This document shows positions 27,101 to 35,687 of a DNA stretch of 64,000 nt, in pieces (the first letter of the stretch is position 1; every line of letters begins with the position of its first letter). The notes under the pieces were generated by a model that made no database searches, was not told the DNA's origin, and worked only from the letters and a program-made list of their open reading frames with translations. The stretch is taken from the NCBI GenBank assembly GCA_035691925.1, contig DASSIL010000178.1, positions 31,638-95,637 on the forward strand. Reading direction: 5' to 3'. Source of the stretch: Gemmatimonadales bacterium. GTDB taxonomy: Bacteria; Gemmatimonadota; Gemmatimonadetes; Gemmatimonadales; GWC2-71-9. Made by a program: the position numbers and the translations under genes.

Positions 27101-27454
27101 GACGACCCCTCGAACCGCTGGACCAAGCCTTCCATCGTGGTGATGAACGAGGGCAACTACTCGGACGCGCACTGCTTCCCGACGGCCTACACCGAGCTCG
27201 GTCTGGGCCAGACGGTGGGCATGCCGGTGCCCGGCACCTGCAGTTCCGTGTGGTGGGAGCGGCTGCAGGACCCGGACCTCGTGTTCGGCATCCCCGAGGT
27301 CGCGATCTACGACATCGCGGGTGACGTGCTGGAGAACAAGCAGCTCGACCCCACCTACCTCGTCGTTCCGGACCCGGCGCAGGAGGCGGCCGGCCACGAC
27401 CAGCAGCTCGAAAAAGCCGTCGAAGTGCTGCTCGACAAGGTGGCGAAGAAATAG
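24167..27454 (+). CDS. Tricorn-protease-like secreted peptidase (TolB-type propellers + PDZ + S41 C-terminal peptidase domain)
   Basis: GTG 24167 is preceded by AGGAG, and the signal is NRSRPLASWFGLVAVLCLFTIPA. N-terminus reads LRYPAISPDGKTIAFEYRGNLWKV..SPDGGKIAFASDR. The C-terminus reads YAHIRGM...DTRFNGGGN and NEGNYSDAHCF, typical of the tricorn/S41 core. Confidence 0.85.
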   Translation: MNRSRPLASWFGLVAVLCLFTIPADSGLTADRALWLRYPAISPDGKTIAFEYRGNLWKVSSEGGVATPLTVGESYNSMPVWSPDGGKIAFASDRNGNLDVYVMPSGGGRATRLTYHSADEIPTSFTPNGKSVLFSASIMHSATSAGFPTAARPELYRVDLDGHMPVQVLTTTALYAVYDHDMKRLLYSDQRGYEMEWRKHDHSSFARDVWIEDVATSKFTRLTGYGYDDRQPVWGADEHSIFYLSEKSGSFNVWTMKLSDPEHPTQLTAHTGGPVRFLSASRAGDLCYAYDGELWVRPAGASDSRRLAVSTEADDAGRAVKPTDVSSQITEFDVSPDGSEVAFIARGEVFVASTEHGDTRRITNTPEQERSVSFSPDGRTLLYAAERGQSWKIFRTDLTDKNEPNFFNATGFKETPVVEGSAEEFQPSFSPDGREIAYLEERTTLKVLDLATGKSRVVLPGKMNYSYEDGDQAYAWSPDGRWLAVQFLSPGRWSNEVGVVSAAGDQKVINITQSGYEDEDPRWSRKGEVLYWRTDRQGLRTQSGNGRESDVYAAYLTHGAWDRYQLDPASYDQLIAKEKESEKDQSGSKDAARDKSARPAQQGPKPAEAVTMDFDHVEDRVARLSFSSSDLGDAALSGDGEDLYFMARYDKGYDLWKYVPRKKEIKQVAAFGAQHSELKLGAKGKKAFVLHDGKLAVVDLDSGKMSPVGLSARMDLDPAQERAYMFEHIWRQTLEKFLDTKMHGVDWQAMKTEYGRFLPYIDNDRDFAELCSEMQGELNASHTGCRYRPTRTDGDETAALGFFPDPRHTGPGIGVLDVLEGGPLQKSGTKIRAGVVITAMDGAPIAAGDNWYRLLNRKAGTPVRLSLFDPHGSARWDETVKPITWAEQSLLLYKRWARANYDQVVKLSGGRLGYAHIRGMSDGPYREVFQDIFGRDTGKDAIVLDTRFNGGGNLDEALTTFLSGRVFMRSVPRGQYLGDDPSNRWTKPSIVVMNEGNYSDAHCFPTAYTELGLGQTVGMPVPGTCSSVWWERLQDPDLVFGIPEVAIYDIAGDVLENKQLDPTYLVVPDPAQEAAGHDQQLEKAVEVLLDKVAKK

Positions 27455-27739
27455 GCGACCCCTCCCCGGCGTCCCCAGGCTCGCAACAGACAGCTCGGCT
27501 GCAGGGCTGTCGTCTTACGACGAGGCTGCAGAGGCGGGTGAAGTCTCCGCCGCCTGCGAGCGTTGCCTCGATCGTCATCGTTGAACGCGGCGCCCGCGGA
27601 GTTTTCGACGAATTCATCCATCGGGCATCCCCGATGGCGGTAGGCTCCCGGGCGACCGCTCTGCCGGCCACGATGGCCGGCGGGCTCGCTCCAGGGATGT
27701 CGCGGGGTCGTGTGATCGGAACGTCGAAGGAGACCCGTC

Positions 27740-28219
27740 ATGGCCAAAGCGAAGAGTCCTGTCCCCGAGGGACAGCACACCGTCTCCATCCACCTCAACT
27801 GCAAGGGCGCCGCGCAGGCGATCGACTTCTACACCCGGGCGTTCGGCGCAACGGAAGTCAGCCGCTTCCCCGGCCCGGACGGCAGCATCATGCACGCCAC
27901 GCTCAAGCTCGGCGACTCGCTGTTCTTCCTGAACGACGAGATGCACGGCCGCAGCAAGTCCCCCACCACGCTGGGCGGCACGCCGGTGACGATCAATCTC
28001 TACGTTCCCGACTGCGACCGGACCTTCCGCCAGGCGATCTCCGCCGGCGGCAAGGAGACCATGCCGATGGAGGATCAGTTCTGGGGCGATCGGTACGGGA
28101 TGATCACGGATCCGTTCGGCCATCTGTGGGCGATCGCGACGCGCAAGGAGGACTTGACCGAGCGGGAGATGGCGCAGCGCGGGCAGGAGTTCTTCCAGCG
28201 CATGCAGCAGCAGCACTGA
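27740..28219 (+). CDS. VOC (glyoxalase/PhnB-like) family protein
   Basis: 159 aa. The pattern is AIDFYTRAFGA...GSIMHATLKLGDSLFFLND...MEDQFWGDRYGMITDPFGHLWAI. Confidence 0.8.
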   Translation: MAKAKSPVPEGQHTVSIHLNCKGAAQAIDFYTRAFGATEVSRFPGPDGSIMHATLKLGDSLFFLNDEMHGRSKSPTTLGGTPVTINLYVPDCDRTFRQAISAGGKETMPMEDQFWGDRYGMITDPFGHLWAIATRKEDLTEREMAQRGQEFFQRMQQQH

Positions 28220-28276
28220 CCACGAGGCGCGAGGAGGCGGCGGAGTGTACGACGCCGCCTCCTCGATGCGTCGTGG
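28220..28276. terminator. Strong GC-rich hairpin between convergent genes (candidate bidirectional terminator)
   Basis: The perfect 13-bp stem is CGAGGAGGCGGCG (28230-28242) / CGCCGCCTCCTCG (28253-28265) with a 10-nt loop. It is flanked by the outer pair CCACGA (28220-28225) / TCGTGG (28271-28276). It sits between the stops at 28219 and 28283. Confidence 0.55.
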
Positions 28277-28282
28277 CGCCGT

Positions 28283-30745
28283 CTACTTCAGCCGGAGCAC
28301 GTGGGCGGTGAGGTCCAGCGCGCCGGCGCGCACGCGGGCGAAGTAGAGCCCGGGCGCCACCGGGCGACCGGACGCGTCGCGACCGTCCCAGCTCATGCGC
28401 CGGTCGCCGGCCGCGAAGTCGCCGCGCGCCAGCACCCGCACGCGACGGCCCGCGAGATCGTAGATCGCGACCTCCCCCGCAGCGGCGGCCGGCATGCGGA
28501 AGCGCAAACTGGCCGCACCACGCGACGGATTGGGCGCGATCTCGAGCTGCGCGATCGGCGCGCGGGTCACGGGCGCGACGCCGGCCGTGCCGTCCGTGAA
28601 CACTGCCACGTGCGCGAATGGCCGGTTGCCAATCGTGGTGAACACGCCACCGACCGACACCAGCCCCCCGCCGGCCGTGAGCGCGTCCACGGTCCCGGGG
28701 GCGTTCGCATCCCACGCGGTGGCGGCACCCGTCCCGGCATTCAGCGCGGCCACGCGATTGCGTATCAGGGCGTTGGTCCCGATCGAGGTGAACGTGCCGC
28801 CCACGTAGATCGTGCCGCCATCGGCCGCGATGGTTTTGATCTCGTTGCTGGGATTGGGATTCCATCCGGTCGCGAGGCCGGTCACGAGATCCAGCGCGGA
28901 CAGGTCCTTGCGCGACTGCCCGCCGATGCTCGAATAGATCCCTCCGACATAGAGCAATCCGCCGCTCGCGGCCAGCGCGTTGACGAACGAACCCGCGCCG
29001 CTCAGGTTCGGGTTCCAGGGCAGCACGGCTCCGCTGGAAGCGTCGATCGCGGCCAGCTCGAGTCGAGCCGAATCGCCGACCGCGCTCGTGGGGCCCGGTC
29101 CGATCGTGGTGAACGTTCCCCCCGCGTACATGACGCCGGCGTCGAGTGCCAGCGCGAACACGGCGCTGTTCGTGGCCGGGTGCCACGCGGTCGGAACGCC
29201 AGTGCTCGTGTCGATGGCCGCCAGCCGGTAGCGCGACAGTCCGCCCACGGTCGTGAACCCGCCGCCGATGTACAGCACGCTGCCGCTCTGGACCATCGCG
29301 TGCACATCGGCGCCGATGACGGTCGGATTCCAGGCCGTGGCCGCGCCGGTCACCTGATCGAGCGCCGCCAGATAATTGCGGTGCTGGCCGCCGATGTTCT
29401 GGAACCCTCCTCCTGCATAGACCAGCCCTCCGCTCACCACCAGCGATTCCACGAGATTGTCGGCGCCCGGATTCCAGCTGGTGACGTCGCCGGTGGTGAG
29501 GTCGATGGCGGCGATGTTGTTGCGGACCACGCCACCATTGCTCGTGAACAGGCCGCCGGCGCAGATGGTCGGACCGACGCCGATCGCGTCCACCTCGTCG
29601 TTGGGCTGCGGCGCCCACGGCGTGGCGAGGCCCGTGAGCGTATCGAGCGCCGCCATGTGCAACCGGGCCTGGCCGCCGATCTGGGTGAACTTGCCGCCCG
29701 CGTACATCGTGCCGCCCGCGAGCGCCAGCGCCCGCACGTACCCGTTCGCGTTCGGATTTGGATTCCAGCCCGTGGCGAGCCCGGTCGCGCTGTCGATCGC
29801 GGCCAGGTAGTTCCGCAGCTGCCCGCCGGCCGTGGTGAAGAACCCGCCGGCGTAAACGATCCCGCGCGCGGTCGCGATGGCGTAAACGACACTGTTGGCG
29901 CCAGGGTTCCAGCTCGTCACCGTGCCCGTCGAAGGGTCCGCGGCGGCGATGTAGCTGCGGCCGGTGGCGCCGTTGAGCGTGGTGAACGAGCCGCCCAGAT
30001 AGACGGTTCCGCCGCTCACCGCGATCGAGTAGACGATTCCGTTGGAATTGGGATTCCACGGAAGGACGGCGCCCGTGGTGTCGAACGCGGCCGCGCGGCT
30101 GCGCCCCACGATCCCGGCGCCACTGAACGCGCCCCCCGCATAGATCGTGAGCCCGGGCGCGCTGCTCGCAGCCAGGCAGTAGACCGCGCCGCCGGTGGCC
30201 ACCGGGTTCCACGCCTTCACCACGCCACCCGTGTCCACGGCCGCCAGCCCGTTGCGGGCGATGCCGCTGACCAGCGTGAAGCCGCCGCCCACGTAGATCG
30301 TGGCGCCCAGCTTCAGCAGGGCGTTCACCGGCCCATTGGCGTTGGGATTCCACGCGGTCACCCTGCTGTGCGCGTCCAGGTGGGCAAGGTTGTTGCGGGG
30401 CTGCCCCTGCACGGTGGTGAAGCTCCCCCCGATGTACCAGCCGCCCGCGCCATCGGCGGCCACCGCATTCACGTTGCCCGCCACGGCCGGCCACGGGACC
30501 AGCGCCTCGGCGGTGTACGGGTCGTACAGCAGCGCGCTGCCGGTCGCCGGCCCCACGCGGCTGAAGAACCCGCCGACGTAGAGCGTGTCGGCGTCGCGCG
30601 TCATGCCGTACACGGGTCCATCCGTGATCCAGATGTCGTGCGCCACCTGGGCGATCGCCGATGACGGCAGCGCCGATGCGACGGCGAGTGCGATGAGGGT
30701 GACGAGCCGGTTGGCGGGAGCGATGGTGCGACGCTGGGTGGGCAT
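28283..30745 (-). CDS. Exported multi-blade beta-propeller-like repeat protein (~15 x 47 aa) with FlgD/T9SS-type-A-like C-terminal domain
   Basis: Start re-set to MPTQRRTIAPANRLVTLIALAVASALPSSA (30745). The unit reads V(Y/N)ALxxxGxxxYxGGxFTxxGGQxRNxLAAxDxxTGxxTxWNPxxN. The C-terminus reads APNPSRGAASLRFRMP..IYDLAGRRVRVL..GLYFARV..VLRLK. Confidence 0.85.
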   Translation of the reverse strand: MPTQRRTIAPANRLVTLIALAVASALPSSAIAQVAHDIWITDGPVYGMTRDADTLYVGGFFSRVGPATGSALLYDPYTAEALVPWPAVAGNVNAVAADGAGGWYIGGSFTTVQGQPRNNLAHLDAHSRVTAWNPNANGPVNALLKLGATIYVGGGFTLVSGIARNGLAAVDTGGVVKAWNPVATGGAVYCLAASSAPGLTIYAGGAFSGAGIVGRSRAAAFDTTGAVLPWNPNSNGIVYSIAVSGGTVYLGGSFTTLNGATGRSYIAAADPSTGTVTSWNPGANSVVYAIATARGIVYAGGFFTTAGGQLRNYLAAIDSATGLATGWNPNPNANGYVRALALAGGTMYAGGKFTQIGGQARLHMAALDTLTGLATPWAPQPNDEVDAIGVGPTICAGGLFTSNGGVVRNNIAAIDLTTGDVTSWNPGADNLVESLVVSGGLVYAGGGFQNIGGQHRNYLAALDQVTGAATAWNPTVIGADVHAMVQSGSVLYIGGGFTTVGGLSRYRLAAIDTSTGVPTAWHPATNSAVFALALDAGVMYAGGTFTTIGPGPTSAVGDSARLELAAIDASSGAVLPWNPNLSGAGSFVNALAASGGLLYVGGIYSSIGGQSRKDLSALDLVTGLATGWNPNPSNEIKTIAADGGTIYVGGTFTSIGTNALIRNRVAALNAGTGAATAWDANAPGTVDALTAGGGLVSVGGVFTTIGNRPFAHVAVFTDGTAGVAPVTRAPIAQLEIAPNPSRGAASLRFRMPAAAAGEVAIYDLAGRRVRVLARGDFAAGDRRMSWDGRDASGRPVAPGLYFARVRAGALDLTAHVLRLK
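28550..30628 (-). repeat. About 15 tandem ~47-aa protein repeats; approximate bounds
   Basis: YxGGxFT...RNxLAAxD...WNP recurs periodically in the translation of CDS 28283..30745. Confidence 0.7.
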
Positions 30746-30882
30746 GGCCGGAGCCCTCGAAGGGGAGGAGGTGCGAGTCCCGTGGCCCGATGAGGGTAGC
30801 CGAGCCCTGCCCGCACGGCACCCGGTTTCGGCGCCGGGGGCAGAACGGCCTGTCGCTGTCCGGCGGGCGCCCGCGCGCCGGA

Positions 30883-31494
30883 TCACGCGGCGCGCGATGA
30901 CCCGCGCTGGACTCCCCATCCCAGCCAGCACCAGCCCGTCCCCAGCACGGCGTTGCCCGCGATCGCTCCCCATCTCCCGAACGCGGCGCCGAGCGGCGGG
31001 ATCGCGCACAGGCCGGCGATCACGAGCCAGGCGGCGGGCCGTGGCAGGACGTGGGCGCGCAGGGTGGCGAACGCGAGCCCCAGCCAGCCGAGCGTGAAGG
31101 TGGCGAGCGCGATCATGGCGCCGAGATCGTCACGATGCAGCCCACGACCGTCCTCCAGCGCGTTCAGCGCATCGGGGGCCCGCCGGGCGAGGTCGGTGAT
31201 CACGAACACTTCGTTCCATTCCGTCGCCAGCAGCAGGGCGCTGCCCAGCAGCGCGAGCGCGAACGTGACGGCGCCGAACCGTCCCGAGCGCCCAGCTTGC
31301 GCCAGGTGGACCCCGACCGCGCCCAGCAGCAGGCATGCTGCCGCCGCGGCCGAGGCGCCCTGCCGCCACAGGAACACCCACGACGACGCGCTGTGCGCGA
31401 ACGGAACGTGGGCCGGCAGCAGCGGCGTCAAGGTGATGTTGACGAGGATGGTGAGCGCGCCGCCGCAGGCGAGCGCGACACCGGTCCAGCGCAT
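30883..31494 (-). CDS. Integral membrane protein, unknown function
   Basis: 203-aa ORF with about 6 hydrophobic helices (..GALTILVNITLTPLL.., ..AAACLLLGAVGVHL.., ..ALALLGSALLLATEW..). Confidence 0.65.
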   Translation of the reverse strand: MRWTGVALACGGALTILVNITLTPLLPAHVPFAHSASSWVFLWRQGASAAAAACLLLGAVGVHLAQAGRSGRFGAVTFALALLGSALLLATEWNEVFVITDLARRAPDALNALEDGRGLHRDDLGAMIALATFTLGWLGLAFATLRAHVLPRPAAWLVIAGLCAIPPLGAAFGRWGAIAGNAVLGTGWCWLGWGVQRGSSRAA

Positions 31495-31659
31495 GGCAGT
31501 CTTCTCCCGCGACTCGAACGAGGCTCCCGGATCACTCTACGCAACCCGGCAGGCGCCAGTTGCGTGGATGCCGACGCAATCCGGGCTGTTGCGGCAGGCG
31601 GGCGGTTGTTAGGCTTGAAAGACGCATCCCTGCCCGACACCCCCCGGAGACCGCTTGCC

Positions 31660-33186
31660 ATGCGTCGCCTCGTCGCGCTCGCCCTGCTGCTCGCCATCAC
31701 CCTCGGCGCGGGCGCGGTCCCGCGCGCCCGCGCCGCGACGCCGCGGCCGCTCGGCCTTTACGTGCTCGACAACGCCGCCAACCTCAACCCGACGACCCAG
31801 ATGTACCCGTCCAACCTGTTCTCGGACTCGACCTATCTGCGCCACGTCGCCGGGCACGCGATCTTCTGCCCGATCGCGAAGATCGTGGACAGCGTCGCAA
31901 CGTGGGGACAGTTCCACTACCACTGGAGCGTGCTCGACACGCTGGTCCAGCTCGCGCTGACGCACGGCAAGAGCTTCTCGATCGAGCTCGAAACCGGGTT
32001 CGAGAGCTCGAGCGATACCTACCGGCAGGCGCTGCCGGCGGGCTTCAGCGCCACGTGCGGGGGCAACTGCGCGCCGCTGTTCGACGTGTGGGCGACGGGC
32101 GGCTCGGGCGGCAGCTGCACCAGCTCGTACGTGCTGCTGCCGTGGGTGCCGAACGTGCAGCAGTTCTGGAGCGTGACCGCGGAATCGCTGGCCGCGCACC
32201 TGCACGACATCGGCGCCTACGGCGCGCTCACGCTGGTGCACATTCCGGGCGTCAGCGTGTACGACGAGGAGCTGCGGATGCCGACCGGCGCGCCGAGCCC
32301 AAGCCCCTCCGACACGCTGCCGTGCCCCGACGGCCGACCCGCCTATCCCACGGTGATGAGCGACGCCTCGCAGCAGAACTGGCAGACGTACGGCTACTCC
32401 GACTCGGCCGTGATCGCGGGCTTCCGCGCCATCACCTCCGCGTTCGCGCAGTCGTTCCCCGACCGCGTGCTGGGGTTGAGCATGTTCCCGCACGGCTCGG
32501 CGCCGGGCATCGCGTTCCCGAACTTCACCGGCGACTCCGCCGGCTACGTGAGCGCGCAGCTCGTGCGGGCCGCGGCGCAGATCGCCCCCGGGCGCATCCA
32601 GATCCAGTCCGACAACCTGGATTCGGCCGTGATCGTGCCGTCGGTGATCAGCCTGGCGCGCGAGAACGCGGCGTTCATCGGCTGGCAATCGAACAAGCAC
32701 GGCGGGACGGGCGCCGGGTGCGGCGGTGGCGGCGCGAACTCGTGCCTGCCCGACTCGCCGAGCGGGCACTTCTACAACCTGCTGGCCTACGGCGCCGCGC
32801 AAGGCGCGCACTACTTCGAGATCTGGCCGCACGACGTGATCGCCTATCCCGAGGCGGTCGCGGCATCGGATGCGGCGGGGCTCTATTCCAGCGCCGCAGT
32901 CCCGCACGTGCCGCCCGATGCGGTCGCGCTCGAGCTGGCGCAGAACGTCCCCAACCCGTTCGGCCGCCGCACCACGATCCGCTTCGCCCTCGGCCGCGAG
33001 GCGCGCGTGCGGCTCGAGGTGTTCGATCTGGCCGGCCGGCGGGTCGGCGTGCTCGTGAACGGCCCCGAGGGCGCCGGCGAGCACGACGTCGGCTACGACG
33101 CGCTCGGGCTGCCGGACGGCGTGTACGACTACCGGCTCGAAGCCAACGGCGCCACGGTAACGCGCTGGTTCGTGGTGCTGCACTGA
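31660..33186 (+). CDS. Exported protein of unknown catalytic type with FlgD/T9SS-type-A-like C-terminal domain
   Basis: ATG 31660 is preceded by GGAGA, and the signal is MRRLVALALLLAITLGAGAVPRARA. The ~420-aa N-terminal domain is one I do not recognise. The C-terminus reads VPNPFGRRTTIRFAL..LEVFDLAGRRVGVL..GVYDYRL..FVVLH. Confidence 0.8.
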   Translation: MRRLVALALLLAITLGAGAVPRARAATPRPLGLYVLDNAANLNPTTQMYPSNLFSDSTYLRHVAGHAIFCPIAKIVDSVATWGQFHYHWSVLDTLVQLALTHGKSFSIELETGFESSSDTYRQALPAGFSATCGGNCAPLFDVWATGGSGGSCTSSYVLLPWVPNVQQFWSVTAESLAAHLHDIGAYGALTLVHIPGVSVYDEELRMPTGAPSPSPSDTLPCPDGRPAYPTVMSDASQQNWQTYGYSDSAVIAGFRAITSAFAQSFPDRVLGLSMFPHGSAPGIAFPNFTGDSAGYVSAQLVRAAAQIAPGRIQIQSDNLDSAVIVPSVISLARENAAFIGWQSNKHGGTGAGCGGGGANSCLPDSPSGHFYNLLAYGAAQGAHYFEIWPHDVIAYPEAVAASDAAGLYSSAAVPHVPPDAVALELAQNVPNPFGRRTTIRFALGREARVRLEVFDLAGRRVGVLVNGPEGAGEHDVGYDALGLPDGVYDYRLEANGATVTRWFVVLH

Positions 33187-33410
33187 CGGCACCCGCCGCC
33201 ATGCGGCGTCCCGGGCCTCACGTGGTGAATCCGATCCTCCGCAGCCGCGACGATGCGGCAGGGACCGAGGTGCGCGCCCGCAACGAGTGCCATGCTGCCA
33301 ATCTACCGCACTCCGCGGGGCGGTGATGGCCGGCGCCGACGACGATTCTGGCCCGTGTGCTAGCGTTCCGCGCATCGAACGCACGATCCCGCCCGCCCGG
33401 AGACGCGAGC

Positions 33411-34148
33411 ATGAACGACCGACCGATCCCGACACCGGCGCTGGTCCCGGCGGTCCTCGTCATGGTCGGCCTGCTGGGGGCCGCGGCGCTGATCTCGGGC
33501 GGCATCCAGCGCTTTCGGCTGGCCGACCGCTACGTGACGGTGAAGGGCGTGGCGGAACGCGACATCACGGCGGACGTCGGCATCTGGCCGCTGCGCTTCA
33601 CGTCCGCGGACAACGATCTCGACCGCGCGCGCCGGGGGATCGAAGCCGACCGGCACCGCGTGATGGCGTTCTTCGCGCGGCACGGCATCGATTCGACCCA
33701 GGTCGAGCTCCAGGGCCTCGAGGTTACCGACAATCAGGCCAATCCCTATCGCCCCGGAGGCCAGGACGTGAGCCGGTTCATCCTCACGATGACGCTGGTG
33801 GCCCGCTCCCGCGATCCGCAGCGCATCGCGGTGGCGAGCCAGGCGGTCGGCGAGCTGGTGGCGGGCGGGGTCGTGCTGTCCAGCGGTCCGTTCGGCGGCG
33901 GCCCCACCTACCTGTTCACCCGACTCAACGCTCTCAAGCCCCAGATGCTCGCCGAGGCGACCCGCAACGCGCGCCAGGCAGCCGCCGAGTTCGCGCGCGA
34001 ATCGGGCGCGCACGTGGGGTCGATCCGGCGCGCGACGCAGGGCGTGTTCGAGATCCTGCCACGCGACCAGGCGCCCGGCATCAACGAGGGCAACCAGATC
34101 CAGAAGACGCTGCGCGTCGTGGCGACCATGGACTACGACCTGAAGTAG
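33411..34148 (+). CDS. SIMPL (DUF541) domain protein, membrane-anchored
   Basis: Start at MNDRP, with N-terminal TM ALVPAVLVMVGLLGAAALI. It then reads VTVKGVAERDITAD...ARQAAAEFARESGAHVGSIRRA..GVFEI, typical of the SIMPL family. Confidence 0.75.
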   Translation: MNDRPIPTPALVPAVLVMVGLLGAAALISGGIQRFRLADRYVTVKGVAERDITADVGIWPLRFTSADNDLDRARRGIEADRHRVMAFFARHGIDSTQVELQGLEVTDNQANPYRPGGQDVSRFILTMTLVARSRDPQRIAVASQAVGELVAGGVVLSSGPFGGGPTYLFTRLNALKPQMLAEATRNARQAAAEFARESGAHVGSIRRATQGVFEILPRDQAPGINEGNQIQKTLRVVATMDYDLK

Positions 34149-34389
34149 CAGCCTCGCCGCGCCGGATCGAAGTCAGGCGCCCGTCGGGGAAGCGGGCTTC
34201 CGAGGGAATTCCGGCCCGCTCCGTGCCCTGCCAGTACGGCGCCGGGGCGTTGCCAGACTGTCACCGCGCGGCGAGCTCGGCATGAGAGGCCAGGACCGCA
34301 ACCGCAACGCGCGCATGCGCCCGCGCTCCAAGGCCACGGGCTCCTGTGCGGCATGGGCCATGCGAGAGGTCCGGCGGGAGGTATCGACC

Positions 34390-35646
34390 ATGGCTCTCAC
34401 TCTTCAGTCTCACGCCCTGGAAGTCTCGCACGCACCGCACCCCGATGGCTTCGCCCGCCGGCCGGTCGAACGCATGCGGGCGGCGTTGCGACGCCACGTC
34501 GAACATGGTTGGGCACCTGGCCTCGTCACGTACGTGAACCACCGTGGCCGGGAGCACGTGGAAGCCATGGGCACCATGGCGTTCGACGGCGAGTTGCCCA
34601 TGGCACGCGACACGATCTTTCGACTCGCCTCGATGTCGAAGCCGATCACGGCCGTCGGCGCGATGACCCTGGTCGAAGAATGCCGGATCAGGCTGGACGA
34701 TCCCATCGACGAATGGTTGCCGGAGCTGAAGGATCGCAGGGTCCTGCGGAACCTCGACAGCGCGCTCGACGACACAGTGCCTGCCAAGCGCCGGTTGACG
34801 GTCCGCGACCTGTTCACGTTCCGATCGGGCTACGGAGAAGTGGCGTTCACCGCGCCCACGTGTCCATTGCAGCGGGCCATGGCGGAGGCGCGCCTGCCGC
34901 TGACGGAATGGATCTTCCCCGGCACGCCGGACGAGTTCATGAAACGGCTGGGCGCCCTGCCGCTCGCATTTCAACCGGGCGAGCGATGGCAGTACCACAT
35001 GAGCACCGAGATCCTGGGGGTGCTGATCAGCCGCGTCACCGGCACGCCGCTCGGCCAATTCCTTCGGGAACGCGTCTTCGAGCCGCTCGGCATGAAGGAC
35101 ACCGGTTTCAACGTGCCCGAAGCGAAGCTCGACCGGCTTCCGCCATGCTACGGAACGGACATGGTCACCGGACAGCTCGTGGTCCTCGACCAGGCTCGCG
35201 GCGGCCAGGTGTCCCGACCGCCCATGTTCGAAGCCGGGGCCGGCGGGATCGTTTCGACGATCGACGACATGGCCGCCTTCGGTGTGATGATGTTGAACCA
35301 GGGTGCCTGGCAGCGCGAACGCATCCTGTCACGACGATCGATCGAGCTGATGACCATGGATCATCTCACTGCCGAACAGAAGGAGCGCTCGCCCTTTTTC
35401 CCGGACTTCTGGAGCACGCGCGGCTGGGGCCTCGGGCTGGGAGTGACGACCGGACGAAGAGATCTCGCCGACACGCCGGGGGGCTTTGGCTGGGACGGGG
35501 CGTTCGGAACATCGTGGTTCGTCGATCCGCGCGAACGACTGGTCGGCGTTCTCATGATCCAGCGTCGCCCGGACGTGCTCGACATTCCAACGATCACCCG
35601 CGACTTCTGGACCTCGGCCTACGCAATGCTCGACGAGCGCGGGTGA
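34390..35646 (+). CDS. Beta-lactamase-fold serine hydrolase
   Basis: ATG 34390 is preceded by GGGAGG. The SxxK motif is in FRLASMSKPITAVGAM, followed by YHMSTEILG and GGIVSTIDDMAAF. Confidence 0.85.
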   Translation: MALTLQSHALEVSHAPHPDGFARRPVERMRAALRRHVEHGWAPGLVTYVNHRGREHVEAMGTMAFDGELPMARDTIFRLASMSKPITAVGAMTLVEECRIRLDDPIDEWLPELKDRRVLRNLDSALDDTVPAKRRLTVRDLFTFRSGYGEVAFTAPTCPLQRAMAEARLPLTEWIFPGTPDEFMKRLGALPLAFQPGERWQYHMSTEILGVLISRVTGTPLGQFLRERVFEPLGMKDTGFNVPEAKLDRLPPCYGTDMVTGQLVVLDQARGGQVSRPPMFEAGAGGIVSTIDDMAAFGVMMLNQGAWQRERILSRRSIELMTMDHLTAEQKERSPFFPDFWSTRGWGLGLGVTTGRRDLADTPGGFGWDGAFGTSWFVDPRERLVGVLMIQRRPDVLDIPTITRDFWTSAYAMLDERG

Positions 35647-35687
35647 CGGGGCGACGACCGGAATCCGAGCCCTGTCGGAACACACGC

